Shown piece after piece: positions 37,641 through 47,350 of a DNA stretch of 64,000 nucleotides (within the stretch, counting starts at the first letter, position 1; every line of letters begins with the position of its first letter). Both the position numbers and the translations under genes were made by a program. The DNA comes from a bacterium (GTDB lineage Bacteria; Patescibacteriota; Minisyncoccia; Phycocordibacterales; UBA6065), in contig JAUXUT010000149.1 in NCBI GenBank assembly GCA_030680695.1, forward strand, positions 39,801 to 103,800. The letters run 5' to 3'. Below the pieces are notes generated by a model. That model had not been told where the DNA came from. It ran no database searches and worked only from the letters and a program-made list of their open reading frames with translations.

Positions 37641-37976
37641 TTAGGGTTCAGGTGTGGATAAAGGGTCAAAAGCGACGATCTCTTTCCTCAACTTTTCAAA
37701 GTCCCTGAACACACGGTTGTATATTCTAATCACTTTTCTTTTGTGCTTCTTGGTATCAGAACTCTCAAGAAAATCGACGAGGTCATCGTCGATGAAGGAA
37801 GCTAAAGAAATGTACGAACCTACCAGTAGCCTGATCCGCTCCTTGATCGCCATTTTCAGATGCTGTTTGGATTCAGGCAACTTCGAGATACGGTTAAAGT
37901 GAGTAGGGCCTGTCGGCTCATGATATTTGAAATGCTTGCTCGTATTTATTATTGCTTCGATGTCATCATCTTTCAC
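37641..37976 (-). CDS. Hypothetical protein
   Basis: 111-aa ORF; no recognised motif. Confidence 0.55.
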   Translation of the reverse strand: MKDDDIEAIINTSKHFKYHEPTGPTHFNRISKLPESKQHLKMAIKERIRLLVGSYISLASFIDDDLVDFLESSDTKKHKRKVIRIYNRVFRDFEKLRKEIVAFDPLSTPEP

Positions 37977-38192
37977 ATCCTAATGGATGACGCTGACGCT
38001 ATTAATTGTCTAGGTTGTATTAGATATAAAAAAGGAACCCTCAAGCTTGTGGCCTGAGGGTTCACGGAGAGGTAGGGTTCTTATTCTCTTAGACTTGTCT
38101 TTTGTGGATCAGCCGAAGCGGATCAACTACTAACAAATCGGAATTATCCCTTTATGAAAAGCGGATGCTTTTCAACCTTGTCCGTTGTGTGA

Positions 38193-38414
38193 CTACTTGA
38201 TCGAGTCGAGTTCGGCCATCGTTTTATCGAAGGCGTCCTTGATCATGATCTTCGCGAATTCAGCCAGTTCGGGAGCGGGAATGCCGAGGTTCTTGGCCTC
38301 GTTGGCGATCTCGCGCTTGATCTCTTTCGAGTTCAGGCGGATGCCATCTTGACCCATCTTCCTCTGCAATGCGAGCATTGCGATCTGACCGATTCTTTCT
38401 GTGCTGAGTGACAT
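38193..38414 (-). CDS. Hypothetical small protein
   Basis: 73-aa ORF with AAGGAG RBS upstream. Confidence 0.7.
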   Translation of the reverse strand: MSLSTERIGQIAMLALQRKMGQDGIRLNSKEIKREIANEAKNLGIPAPELAEFAKIMIKDAFDKTMAELDSIK

Positions 38415-38642
38415 AATGTATGTCTCCTTTCAATGAACTAACATGCCTTTGCGTAAGGCAACCGGTTGATTACTAGGATTTCATCAACAGGTACAGTATA
38501 TCACCTCTTATCACTCTTGTCAAGAGCTAAAATTCGTGTTGTTGGTTACCGACTACACAAAAAATTGAATGTAAGCTAGGGTACAAAATGCCCCTCAAAA
38601 GGCTTCAAAAAGGTCGAAGAAACTGCTAAAATAGCAATAATT

Positions 38643-38948
38643 ATGTAAATACCTCCTACTGGATTTTATTACCACTACAAACACGATCCGAATGGTCCAT
38701 TCAACGACTATTCTTATGAGGTGATTGGCACTGCTCGTCACACAGAGGAAAAGACGTTCACTGTGCTGTATCGACCTCTATACGAAAATGATTGGTTCAA
38801 ACCTGCTACCTACCAAGCAAGGCCGCTAGAAATGTTCAACGAAAGTGTCACGAAAGATGGCAAGGCGATTCCTCGTTTTCAGCAGATAACCGATCCAGAG
38901 TTAATTGCAAAACTCGAAAAGATGCGAGATCAAATTTATGGAAAATAA
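38643..38948 (+). pseudogene. DUF1653 family protein, TAA at codon 2
   Basis: ATG TAA then IPPTGFYYHYKH...YEVIGTARHTEE...VLYRPLY...ARPLEMF. Confidence 0.8.
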
Positions 38949-39489
38949 TAAAGAGCAAAATATAAAAATACTAAAAGCAATTCCAGAAGACGCTCTGGGT
39001 ATTACGACTGTTCTATATAAAACCTGGCTCGATACATATCCAAACGAAGAAATTGGCATCACCAAGGAAGATGTTGAGGAAAGTTATAAAGACCACTTCA
39101 TGGAGGAGCGAGTGAAAAAGCAACAGGAGAATATTGCAAATGCTCCAGCGAATCAACTGCGACTTGTTGCAAAATCTGGTGATCAGATTGTTGGAGTCTC
39201 AACGATGATTCGTAATGAAAATAATAATCAGCTAAGGACAATTTATGTTCTCCCTGAATTTCAAGGAAGGGGCATCGGTCAAATGTTGTGGAAAGAAGCG
39301 CAAAAGTTTTGTGATTCGACAAAAGATACTATTGTTCAAGTTGCTACCTACAACAAAAATGCCATATCTTTTTACGAAAAATTAGGTTTTACAGATACTG
39401 GTAAAAGATGGTCCGATGATAAATGGAAGATGAAGAGTGGTGCAACTATTCCAGAAATGGAGCTAATCATAAAAGTAAATAATTTATAA
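38938..39489 (+). CDS. GNAT acetyltransferase
   Basis: IYVLPEFQGRGIG, NKNAISFYEKLGF. Confidence 0.93.
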   Translation: MENNKEQNIKILKAIPEDALGITTVLYKTWLDTYPNEEIGITKEDVEESYKDHFMEERVKKQQENIANAPANQLRLVAKSGDQIVGVSTMIRNENNNQLRTIYVLPEFQGRGIGQMLWKEAQKFCDSTKDTIVQVATYNKNAISFYEKLGFTDTGKRWSDDKWKMKSGATIPEMELIIKVNNL

Positions 39490-39493
39490 ACGT

Positions 39494-40846
39494 ATGCCCT
39501 TAATGACTTATGACGAATATCAAAAGAATCGACACAAAACTCCCTATCTTCTTACGATAAGAGCGGGTTCAAATTTTCTCTATTATTTTGGAGAACGCCA
39601 CTCATTTAATCCAGAAGACACCCAATGGGTTGAAGAAAAAGAATTTTGGGACAAGTTTTTGTCTGACACAGAAAATCAGAAAAGAATCGTCTTTGTTGAA
39701 GGCGGTAAGCGACCAGATGAAGTAGACGAAAAACAATCGATTCTCAAACATGGTGGAATGGGTCTCACGACATATTTCGCACATCAAGCAGGCATAGAGA
39801 CATATTCACCTGAACCAGATGAAAAATGGGAACGCTCTGAACTGGAAAAAGAATTTACGAGAGAACAAATCCAGTGCTATTACTTCTCTCGTGTCGTTCA
39901 TCAATGGGGTCGCAAGCAAAATCCAAAACCAGTATTTGAAGAATATATAACACACTTTCTAGAGGGTGATAAAAAAGAAAGTGGGTGGAGTGATTTTGAT
40001 TTCTCACTTGAATCAATGAAGAAGATTTATGTCGATATTTTTCATACTGCTTTTAATGAGAATAATACTGATTTTTTCTATAGTGTAGTTAATCCTGTCG
40101 AGCTGAAGACGATTGTTAACAAAGTATCTCGCGCCTCAAGCGAAATACGCGATAAATATATCGTTGGAAAAATAGAGGAATATATCAAACAAGAATACTC
40201 AATCTTCGCTCAATACGGATGCAGCCACGTTGTAATGCAGGAACCTCTATTAAAGGAAATTTTTTCAGAGTCTCAAAAAGATTGGTCAGACTACTACAAG
40301 GCAACCAAAGCAAAACCTCCACGCCCCTTGTTGGTGAAGGCGTTTGAATATGTTGCCGAGAAAAATAAGGCAATCGATATTGGCGGTGGTGCACTCAACG
40401 ATACGAAGTATCTTCTTAAACAAGGCTTTGATGTTACCGTGATCGATAAAAGCCCTCTCATGGAACAAGAGGCTAAGAATATTCCGAGTGACAGGCTGCA
40501 TGCTTTCACTGTCGGGTTTGAAGATTTCGATTTTTTAGAGAATGAATATGATCTCGCGTCCGCAATGTATGCTTTGCCATTTATTGATCCCGCTCATTTC
40601 GATTCCATCTTTACCAAAATAAAAAGTTCTCTCAAGACAGGTGGCATATTCTGCGGTCAGTTTTTTGGAGAGCGTGATGAGTGGTCAACGAATCCAAAAA
40701 TGACTTTTCACACAAAAGAGCAAGCGGAAAATCTACTCAGCGATTTAGAGATCATTTCTTTCAAGGAAGAAGAAAAGGAAGATAAAACAGCCAAGGGCGA
40801 TATGAAGCATTGGCATATCTTTCACATAATCGCTCGGAAAAAATAA
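39494..40846 (+). CDS. Fusion of an unknown domain and a TehB-like SAM methyltransferase
   Basis: C-terminal DWSDYY..., AIDIGGG, GGIFCGQFFG, HWHIFHIIARK; N-terminal YFGERH...VFVEGG...YGCSH. Confidence 0.82.
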   Translation: MPLMTYDEYQKNRHKTPYLLTIRAGSNFLYYFGERHSFNPEDTQWVEEKEFWDKFLSDTENQKRIVFVEGGKRPDEVDEKQSILKHGGMGLTTYFAHQAGIETYSPEPDEKWERSELEKEFTREQIQCYYFSRVVHQWGRKQNPKPVFEEYITHFLEGDKKESGWSDFDFSLESMKKIYVDIFHTAFNENNTDFFYSVVNPVELKTIVNKVSRASSEIRDKYIVGKIEEYIKQEYSIFAQYGCSHVVMQEPLLKEIFSESQKDWSDYYKATKAKPPRPLLVKAFEYVAEKNKAIDIGGGALNDTKYLLKQGFDVTVIDKSPLMEQEAKNIPSDRLHAFTVGFEDFDFLENEYDLASAMYALPFIDPAHFDSIFTKIKSSLKTGGIFCGQFFGERDEWSTNPKMTFHTKEQAENLLSDLEIISFKEEEKEDKTAKGDMKHWHIFHIIARKK

Positions 40847-40847
40847 T

Positions 40848-41835
40848 ATGGAAGCCATTTTACAAAAAATAACAGATCAATACGGACTTCGACTACAGCA
40901 TCTACAAAAAGTAGACCAAGGTTTTTTGACTGATAATCATATCCATCACGGATGGAGCGACCAAGTATTTTTTAAAGAAGTACAGGTTTAAAAATGTAGA
41001 GAAAATTAAGGAAATCCATTCCGTTAAGAAATATTTCTCAGACGGAGGGATTTCTGTCATCATGCCGATTAACACGAAAGACGGGAATAGCTTCTTCGAA
41101 CTAGAGGAAAGCTTTTATGCTCTATTTCCTTTTATCGATGATCGGCAAATGCAAGGCGAACAAATTACAAACAAAGCGGTTATCTCCTTGGCTGAAACCT
41201 TGGCAAGAATGCACCTCTTGGGTCGGGATGCCAAAATACCAGTAAGTGATTCTTTCAAGATGTGGGACAGGCAAAAGAGACTATCTGCCATTGAACAGAT
41301 TTTGGAGAAGATAAGCCAAATAAAAAATAAATCCGATTTTGATATTCGAGCCGAAAAGAACATTCTTTTCAAGAAAAATATTATTGAGTCGAAAAAAGAG
41401 GAGTATGAAAACTTGAAATTCAATAATGATCACTTGATACATGGTGATTATATGATCCAAAATGTGTTCTTTGATGGAAACGATAATGTTTCCTACGTTT
41501 TTGATTTTGAGAAAACGCAATACGCACCGCGATTTTTCGAACTATTCCGAGCAATGATTTATAGTTCATTTTTCGATAAGGAAATTACTGAAGCAATGGT
41601 GGCGCGCACAAAGCTCTTTTTGGATTCGTATCTCGAAATATATCCCGCAACTAAAGAAGATCTCGTAGAGAATTTTGAGATGTATTATTTGAGATCAGCC
41701 CATTCCGTATGGGTAGAAGAAGAGCACTATTTGAGGAATAATGACAGAGTTGATGAGCTCCTGAAAAGTGACATCGTACGAGTTAATTATCTGACGAATA
41801 ATTTAGAAAGCCTGAAGCTATTTTTGTTTAAATAA
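40848..41835 (+). pseudogene. Phosphotransferase with frameshift near 40943
   Basis: MEAILQKITDQYG..GFLTDNHI / ITDGATKYFLKKY... continues into ORF 41062 with IHGDY..N, VFDFE. Confidence 0.8.
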
Positions 41836-41836
41836 T

Positions 41837-42178
41837 ATGAAAACCTGGACTCTGCGATTTCGAGTGATAGATAAAAAGAACTTTGATGAGGTTAAGAACG
41901 GATCAAAGCCTATTGAAACTCGTGCCGCAACTGTGAAGTATCAACCAATTGAAGTTGGCGACACACTTCTCTTTGTTTGCGGAAAGGAACGTCTAGAGAA
42001 AAAGATTACCAAGAAGCATCACTTTGGAAGTATTGATGCAATGATTAAGAAGATTCCTTACAAGGAAATTATGCCTTCTGTGGAATCTGTCGAGGAAATG
42101 AAGAAGGCTTATTCCTCATATTCTGGATACGATGAAAAGATAAAGGAGTTTGGCATTTTCGCCTTTGAACTTGAATAA
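41837..42178 (+). CDS. ASCH domain protein
   Basis: FDEVKNGSKPIETR, IEVGDTLLF. Confidence 0.85.
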   Translation: MKTWTLRFRVIDKKNFDEVKNGSKPIETRAATVKYQPIEVGDTLLFVCGKERLEKKITKKHHFGSIDAMIKKIPYKEIMPSVESVEEMKKAYSSYSGYDEKIKEFGIFAFELE

Positions 42179-42182
42179 ACAT

Positions 42183-42842
42183 ATGAATGTTATTGAATCT
42201 GTAAAAAAGCTAAATTTTCCTTCAGATGAATATATTGTCGTCGGCACCGGCATCATGGCCGTACTCGGTTTGAAAGAGTCTCATGATATCGATATTGTCG
42301 TGTCACCTAGACTGTTTGAGCTGTCAAAATCTAATGGCTGGCTAGAAACGCCATATACCTATCCAGATAAAATCGGTCAGATCTATCTGAAAAAAGATGA
42401 TATGGAACTTTACCTCGATGTGAATTGTGGGCAGTTCAATCCAACGCTCAATGAACTTCTTTCAAGAAAGGAAGTATTCGACGATATAAACTTTATAAGT
42501 TTCGGTGACTTGTTGCGATTCAAAAAGGAATATAATCGACCAAAAGATGCCAAGGATATAGCTCTTATAGAAAAGCATCTTGCGGAACAGCTTAAGAAAG
42601 AAGGTTTTGCCAGTGTCTATGAATGGACAGATGTGCCTAACACAAAATATTCCGAACATGCTCACAAAGGTAAAGTCTCATTCTTCGTGATTCGCGGATC
42701 TGTGACATTTTCGGGAAATATAACCAAAACAGTAAGCACGGGAGAACGATTTGATGTTCCCGTCGGAGCAAATCACTTTGCTGTCGTTGGCCCTGAAGGT
42801 TGTGATTGGGTTGTTGGAGAAGAAGTTGAGGGAGATTCTTAG
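42183..42842 (+). CDS. Fusion of a nucleotidyltransferase-like domain and a cupin
   Basis: VVGTG...HDIDIVV...RPKDAKDI; then EHAH...GERFDVPVGANH. Confidence 0.75.
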   Translation: MNVIESVKKLNFPSDEYIVVGTGIMAVLGLKESHDIDIVVSPRLFELSKSNGWLETPYTYPDKIGQIYLKKDDMELYLDVNCGQFNPTLNELLSRKEVFDDINFISFGDLLRFKKEYNRPKDAKDIALIEKHLAEQLKKEGFASVYEWTDVPNTKYSEHAHKGKVSFFVIRGSVTFSGNITKTVSTGERFDVPVGANHFAVVGPEGCDWVVGEEVEGDS

Positions 42843-42843
42843 C

Positions 42844-44940
42844 TCATATCCCAATATACGGAAACTGCGGTAAGTCATCCTCCCCAAAATCCTCCTGTTG
42901 CGTTGGCCTCTGAATAATTCTCTTGTCTTTGGCAATCGTCAGAGCAAGTGCGTCAGGAATGGATGAATCAATACCTTCTTCCATCAATGTCTCTCGGTCA
43001 GTCATCTTTCTCTTGCTGTTGGTATCGGTGTAAACCATGTAAAGCAAATCATCGAATAAATATCGCCCCACAAGCTTTCCGATTCGGAGCCATCCTGCCA
43101 ATTTTGAGTATGCTCTAGCCCAGTTGTCGGCAAACAAATTGTTCTCGAATTGAGGTTGCTCGTTCATCGTAATTCCATATCGCTGGCGGTTTCCATATTT
43201 GTTTACGTTGAAATGCCCGACCGCAAGCTGTCTCAACAAGTTACATAATTCCTGCCCTCGATCTACATTATCAATAAATATGTTCTCATCCGATATCGGC
43301 ACGTCATGTATCTTTGCGAGTTCGATAACTTTTAAAGCCATTGTTGTCGCATCTTGAATCGGCTCATGATACAAAACCTCGGCTGCATTCTCGCCTCTAA
43401 GCACGATAGTTGAGTGAGTCCTGTTCTTGTCAGCCAATACCACTCCCAATCTTTTGTCTCCAAAACACGAAACCCTTTCCTGATAGCTATCGTTCAATAG
43501 TCTTTCGTCAAAAAGTGCATGATAGCCTTTAGGTATATTCGATTCCTGATCCACGACACTTGATACGAGAATACAGAACGCATCCGAAAGGTCGTCGTGC
43601 TTTTCCGTACCGAATCCCACGAGTTGTTCAATCAGCTTCTCTGCACCATATCGGGGGAAGAGTACCGTGCCAGACTGAATATGGTGTGAGACGAGAGAAA
43701 GTCTTGCACGCTTGTCTGACCCTTGCGTTCTATACTCCTTCGCAGGAAAGTTCTCGGATTTCAGATGGTCGATGATTGATTTTTGGTATCCTACGTTCTC
43801 GATCCAAACATGGGCATTTCCGAGAGTTTTTGAAAGTGACTTAATCTTCTCGATCGTCTTCGGAAAATCCATTCTCTCGTTCACAAGATTAGGTAGAATA
43901 TAAATCTTCAACGCTTTCTTCCTGCCGTATATCTTTCCCGAAACCATCGCTGTGTAGTCCGCATTGTCCTTCTCGCTGATTGCAGGATCGATACCAGTCG
44001 CTGTAAATCTGCACGCATCACTTGGCAGAGAATCGTAATAGCGAATCCATTCAGGTCTGATCACCTGATCGTCATCGGCAATGATCTGAAGCATGTACTC
44101 TCGTTGCCATGCTTGGAGGCTTGGTACGGATTTTCGTAATGTCTCAACTTCGGCGTCCGTTCTATACTTGTCTTTCCATAATGGCTGATTGTTCTCGTCG
44201 AGGAAGGGGTACGCCTTTGCAATGCCGTCCATGCGACCTTCTAGAATAGCCTTCTTCAATCGCATGATAATCGAGTCATTGTGGAGCTTCGTACCAATAA
44301 CAATAAGTCTCGTGTCCTTGTCTCCCAATGGAATAATATCTCCCATGAGCCAGTTGAACATTTTGTCTCGGCTTTCCTGCGTTTTCACGATATCCAAATC
44401 TTCCAAGTCATCTGCGATGATAAGATCGGGTCTGTGAGCACCGTGCTTGATTCCACGAATCGAGTTGTCGATAGAGGCTACCGTTACTCTTGCTCCGTAC
44501 TTAGGAAGTACGATCGACACTGCACGCCATTCATCATTAGGTTCCTCGAATGGTCCGAGGTCTAATCTTAGAAGTCTGTTATGTTCAAGTTCCAGTTTAA
44601 TGTTCGCCAAGTACTGCCTTGCTTGGCTTTCGGTCTTTGCAATAATCAAAACAAATTTCCTTTGCTGCATTCCAAGAATAGACCAGATGGCGTAGGAAGT
44701 ACCCATGATAGTGGTCTTGCCCGATCCTCGAAAGGCTTCGATGACCATAGTCTTGTGAGTTGCCTCTGTCAGCTCAAATAATTCCTTATGAAATTGCGCT
44801 GTTTTGTATTTAACATAATGCGAGAAGTAGATATGGAAGAACCAGTAATGACATGCTCTGGTCGTCGCACGTCTTACTCGCTGATTCTTCACGATCTCAT
44901 CAATCTTCTCAGCCGATACTTCGGAGTCGTGGTTATGCAT
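42844..44940 (-). CDS. Phage-type terminase large subunit with extra C-terminal domain
   Basis: AFRGSGKTT, DLIIADDLED, GIDPAIS..ADYTA, IENVGYQ, HDDLSDA. Confidence 0.92.
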   Translation of the reverse strand: MHNHDSEVSAEKIDEIVKNQRVRRATTRACHYWFFHIYFSHYVKYKTAQFHKELFELTEATHKTMVIEAFRGSGKTTIMGTSYAIWSILGMQQRKFVLIIAKTESQARQYLANIKLELEHNRLLRLDLGPFEEPNDEWRAVSIVLPKYGARVTVASIDNSIRGIKHGAHRPDLIIADDLEDLDIVKTQESRDKMFNWLMGDIIPLGDKDTRLIVIGTKLHNDSIIMRLKKAILEGRMDGIAKAYPFLDENNQPLWKDKYRTDAEVETLRKSVPSLQAWQREYMLQIIADDDQVIRPEWIRYYDSLPSDACRFTATGIDPAISEKDNADYTAMVSGKIYGRKKALKIYILPNLVNERMDFPKTIEKIKSLSKTLGNAHVWIENVGYQKSIIDHLKSENFPAKEYRTQGSDKRARLSLVSHHIQSGTVLFPRYGAEKLIEQLVGFGTEKHDDLSDAFCILVSSVVDQESNIPKGYHALFDERLLNDSYQERVSCFGDKRLGVVLADKNRTHSTIVLRGENAAEVLYHEPIQDATTMALKVIELAKIHDVPISDENIFIDNVDRGQELCNLLRQLAVGHFNVNKYGNRQRYGITMNEQPQFENNLFADNWARAYSKLAGWLRIGKLVGRYLFDDLLYMVYTDTNSKRKMTDRETLMEEGIDSSIPDALALTIAKDKRIIQRPTQQEDFGEDDLPQFPYIGI

Positions 44941-45334
44941 GTTCTGTGACGGTTAGACCGAGAGCTTCACGAACCATCTTTTCTTCCTGTGGTGTGAGTG
45001 CTTCTTCCTCTGCGGTCTTGGTGGTAAGTTCGACCTTGTTTCGATACTTAGGGTGATGCTGACGAAGCCAGAGTTGGATAGCTGGGAAGTTTTTCTCTTT
45101 AATCAGAGTGATCAATTGTGATTCGCTCAAATCATTGATCATCTCCTCGCCATCCTGCATTGCCTCGTCAGTCGCTTTCTTGAATTTCTCATCGTCTCGT
45201 CGCCATCGGTAGTATGTGCTTCGCCCGATGTTCGATCGCTCGCAGGCGATCTGCACGATCGGTATCTTTCTTAGTTGTTCCAAGACAACTTTCTGCTCTA
45301 CCTTGTTCCTTTTTAGAGTTGATTCTCTTTTCAT
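44933..45334 (-). CDS. Putative terminase small subunit (HTH)
   Basis: ACERSNIGRSTYYRWRRDDEKF...AIQLWL; overlaps the TerL start. Confidence 0.75.
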   Translation of the reverse strand: MKRESTLKRNKVEQKVVLEQLRKIPIVQIACERSNIGRSTYYRWRRDDEKFKKATDEAMQDGEEMINDLSESQLITLIKEKNFPAIQLWLRQHHPKYRNKVELTTKTAEEEALTPQEEKMVREALGLTVTEHA

Positions 45335-46089
45335 AGTTTTATTGCTTTTAAATTTGTTAATTTTCCCCATCTAGTAATTGCTGTCTGCACATACTCTGGA
45401 TCAAGCTCAATAGCGATGCATACTCGCTTGGTCTGCTCGCATGCCAAGAGGCATGTCCCAGAGCCAAGGAAGGCATCGTAAACAACATCGCCAATGCGAG
45501 TGCTGTTCAGAATCAAATGCCGTATCAATGGCACAGGCTTGGTCGTCGGGTGGAACGGGCTTTTGTTAGGCTTTGGATGAACGATGACGCTCTTATCCTT
45601 CGATTTCAGGAACTCGTGCGTGCCGTACCAACCGTATGCGATAAGTTCGTGCATCGGTGCGTAATCCATTCTTCCGACGACTGCTTGGGTTTTCACCCAC
45701 ACGATGAGTTGAGCAAACTTGCATCCAATACTTTTCATTCCATCTCGCAAAGCAAATATCATCTTGTCCGAGTTGAAGATGTAGAGGGCGTTCTTCTTTT
45801 CGAGGAATGGTGTGACTGCTCCGAGCCAGTCCTCGGTGAATTTTTTGTATTCTTCGTCAGATTGTAGATGATCGTTCTCGATCTTCTTGTCTTTCAACAG
45901 TGCTTTGAAATTCTGCTTGCTTTCGGCAACGGCGACACCGTACGGAGGATCGGAAATAATGGCTTTGATTTTGTGTTTGCCTACAACTTTTGCAACAAAC
46001 TCCTTGTCTCTCGAATCGCCACAAGCAATCACATGTTCGCCTAACTGAAAAATGTCCCCAATCTTAATTGAGTTTAGTGACTTTTTCAT
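45331..46089 (-). CDS. DNA N4/N6 methyltransferase
   Basis: SDPPYG, HPTTKP, YDAFLGSGT, IELDPEY. Confidence 0.93.
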   Translation of the reverse strand: MKKSLNSIKIGDIFQLGEHVIACGDSRDKEFVAKVVGKHKIKAIISDPPYGVAVAESKQNFKALLKDKKIENDHLQSDEEYKKFTEDWLGAVTPFLEKKNALYIFNSDKMIFALRDGMKSIGCKFAQLIVWVKTQAVVGRMDYAPMHELIAYGWYGTHEFLKSKDKSVIVHPKPNKSPFHPTTKPVPLIRHLILNSTRIGDVVYDAFLGSGTCLLACEQTKRVCIAIELDPEYVQTAITRWGKLTNLKAIKL

Positions 46090-47350
46090 GTGGTGTGATT
46101 TGCTTAAAGCGGTTGATAATGAGCTGGCAGAATATCGGCTCCATCTCACAGAGATAAGCTGTGCGTTTCAGTTGTTCGCATGCAGACAGGATGCTTCCTG
46201 ATCCGCCTGTAACGTCGAGAACAATATCGCCAGGTCTTGAACACCTACGCAATGCCTTTTCGTGAAGTGTTGGTGGTTTCTGGGTAGGATGTGCGTACTC
46301 TTGAGAAGGTAGTCGCTTCACAAGCCAGATGTTAAGCATGTCCGAGATATCCTCAACTAATCTGTTGCCAGTCGTGGTTTCCTTGTTCAGGACTTCATTG
46401 AGATTCTTAACTTTGTCAGAGAGATATGGCTTGCCACGAGTTCCGTATACGCAGTATTCAGTGACTTTGTTGAAAGCAACTTGCGGTGTTGGGGAAGCGT
46501 TGTCTTTGACCCAGAGACACAGTCGTTTGGAATCAGTGCCGAGTTCTCTGTACAGTTCCTGAAAAAGCCAGACATATCGCTCGTCGCACCAGAAGAAAAC
46601 GTGAGCGTCTGGTTTGGTCACGCTCAATGCATTTTGGATAAGTGCCTTTGCGAATGTTTTGTATTCATCATCAGTCTTGCTGTCGTTTGTAGTTCCGCCA
46701 TACTTCGCCTTGTTGCCGACTCCTTTGTCGTATGAGAGTCCAATGTTATATGGTGGATCTGTATTAATCATGTCTGCAAGATTTCCGTCCATGAGGAACT
46801 TGATCATGCTCTGATCTGTCGAATTGCCGCAGAGCAATCGATGACGACCGAGCGCGAAGTAGTCGCCGAATTTAATATCAGTTTCCTTTATCTTCTCCAG
46901 TTCTTTTTCCTCGTCGAAGTTGTCATCTGTCACTTCGAGATTGTCATCGAATATATTTGTCAGATCGCCTGAATCAAATCCTGCCGTAAGCAAAGTGTCG
47001 ATATCGAAGTCGCTTGCGAGGATTTCCCAATCCCAAGAACCGCCAGAGCGATTGCTTGTAAGTAAGTACTGCTTGAACTCCATGACTGATAATTTTCTAT
47101 TGGGAATACGGACTTCGATTTCTTCCTCTCCTCGACCCATGAGTTGTAGTGCCTTAATGCGCTGATGACCTGCGACTATCTTTCCGTCTGTATTTATTGC
47201 AGGCAGCTCTGCAAGATTGAACTTCTTGAGGGATTCCTTTAAATCCTCCATCTGCTTGTCAGTGATCTTCCTCGGATTCTTCTCGTATGGAAGCAGATCA
47301 TTGACTCTGCGTTTTTCGGTGCGCCACACCAGTGGTTCTAATTTGGACAT
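46064..47350 (-). CDS. ParB-N domain plus DNA N4/N6 methyltransferase
   Basis: NPRKI...IVAGHQR; TDPPYN, HPTQKP, VLDVTGGSGS. Confidence 0.93.
   Translation of the reverse strand: MSKLEPLVWRTEKRRVNDLLPYEKNPRKITDKQMEDLKESLKKFNLAELPAINTDGKIVAGHQRIKALQLMGRGEEEIEVRIPNRKLSVMEFKQYLLTSNRSGGSWDWEILASDFDIDTLLTAGFDSGDLTNIFDDNLEVTDDNFDEEKELEKIKETDIKFGDYFALGRHRLLCGNSTDQSMIKFLMDGNLADMINTDPPYNIGLSYDKGVGNKAKYGGTTNDSKTDDEYKTFAKALIQNALSVTKPDAHVFFWCDERYVWLFQELYRELGTDSKRLCLWVKDNASPTPQVAFNKVTEYCVYGTRGKPYLSDKVKNLNEVLNKETTTGNRLVEDISDMLNIWLVKRLPSQEYAHPTQKPPTLHEKALRRCSRPGDIVLDVTGGSGSILSACEQLKRTAYLCEMEPIFCQLIINRFKQITPHEKVTKLN

Noticed and set aside
42844-47350. Complete prophage
   Set aside because: No portal, capsid, tail, lysis or replication genes inside the boundaries.
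45331-47350. Restriction-modification system
   Set aside because: No adjacent restriction endonuclease; ParB-MTase next to terminase is a phage-type arrangement.
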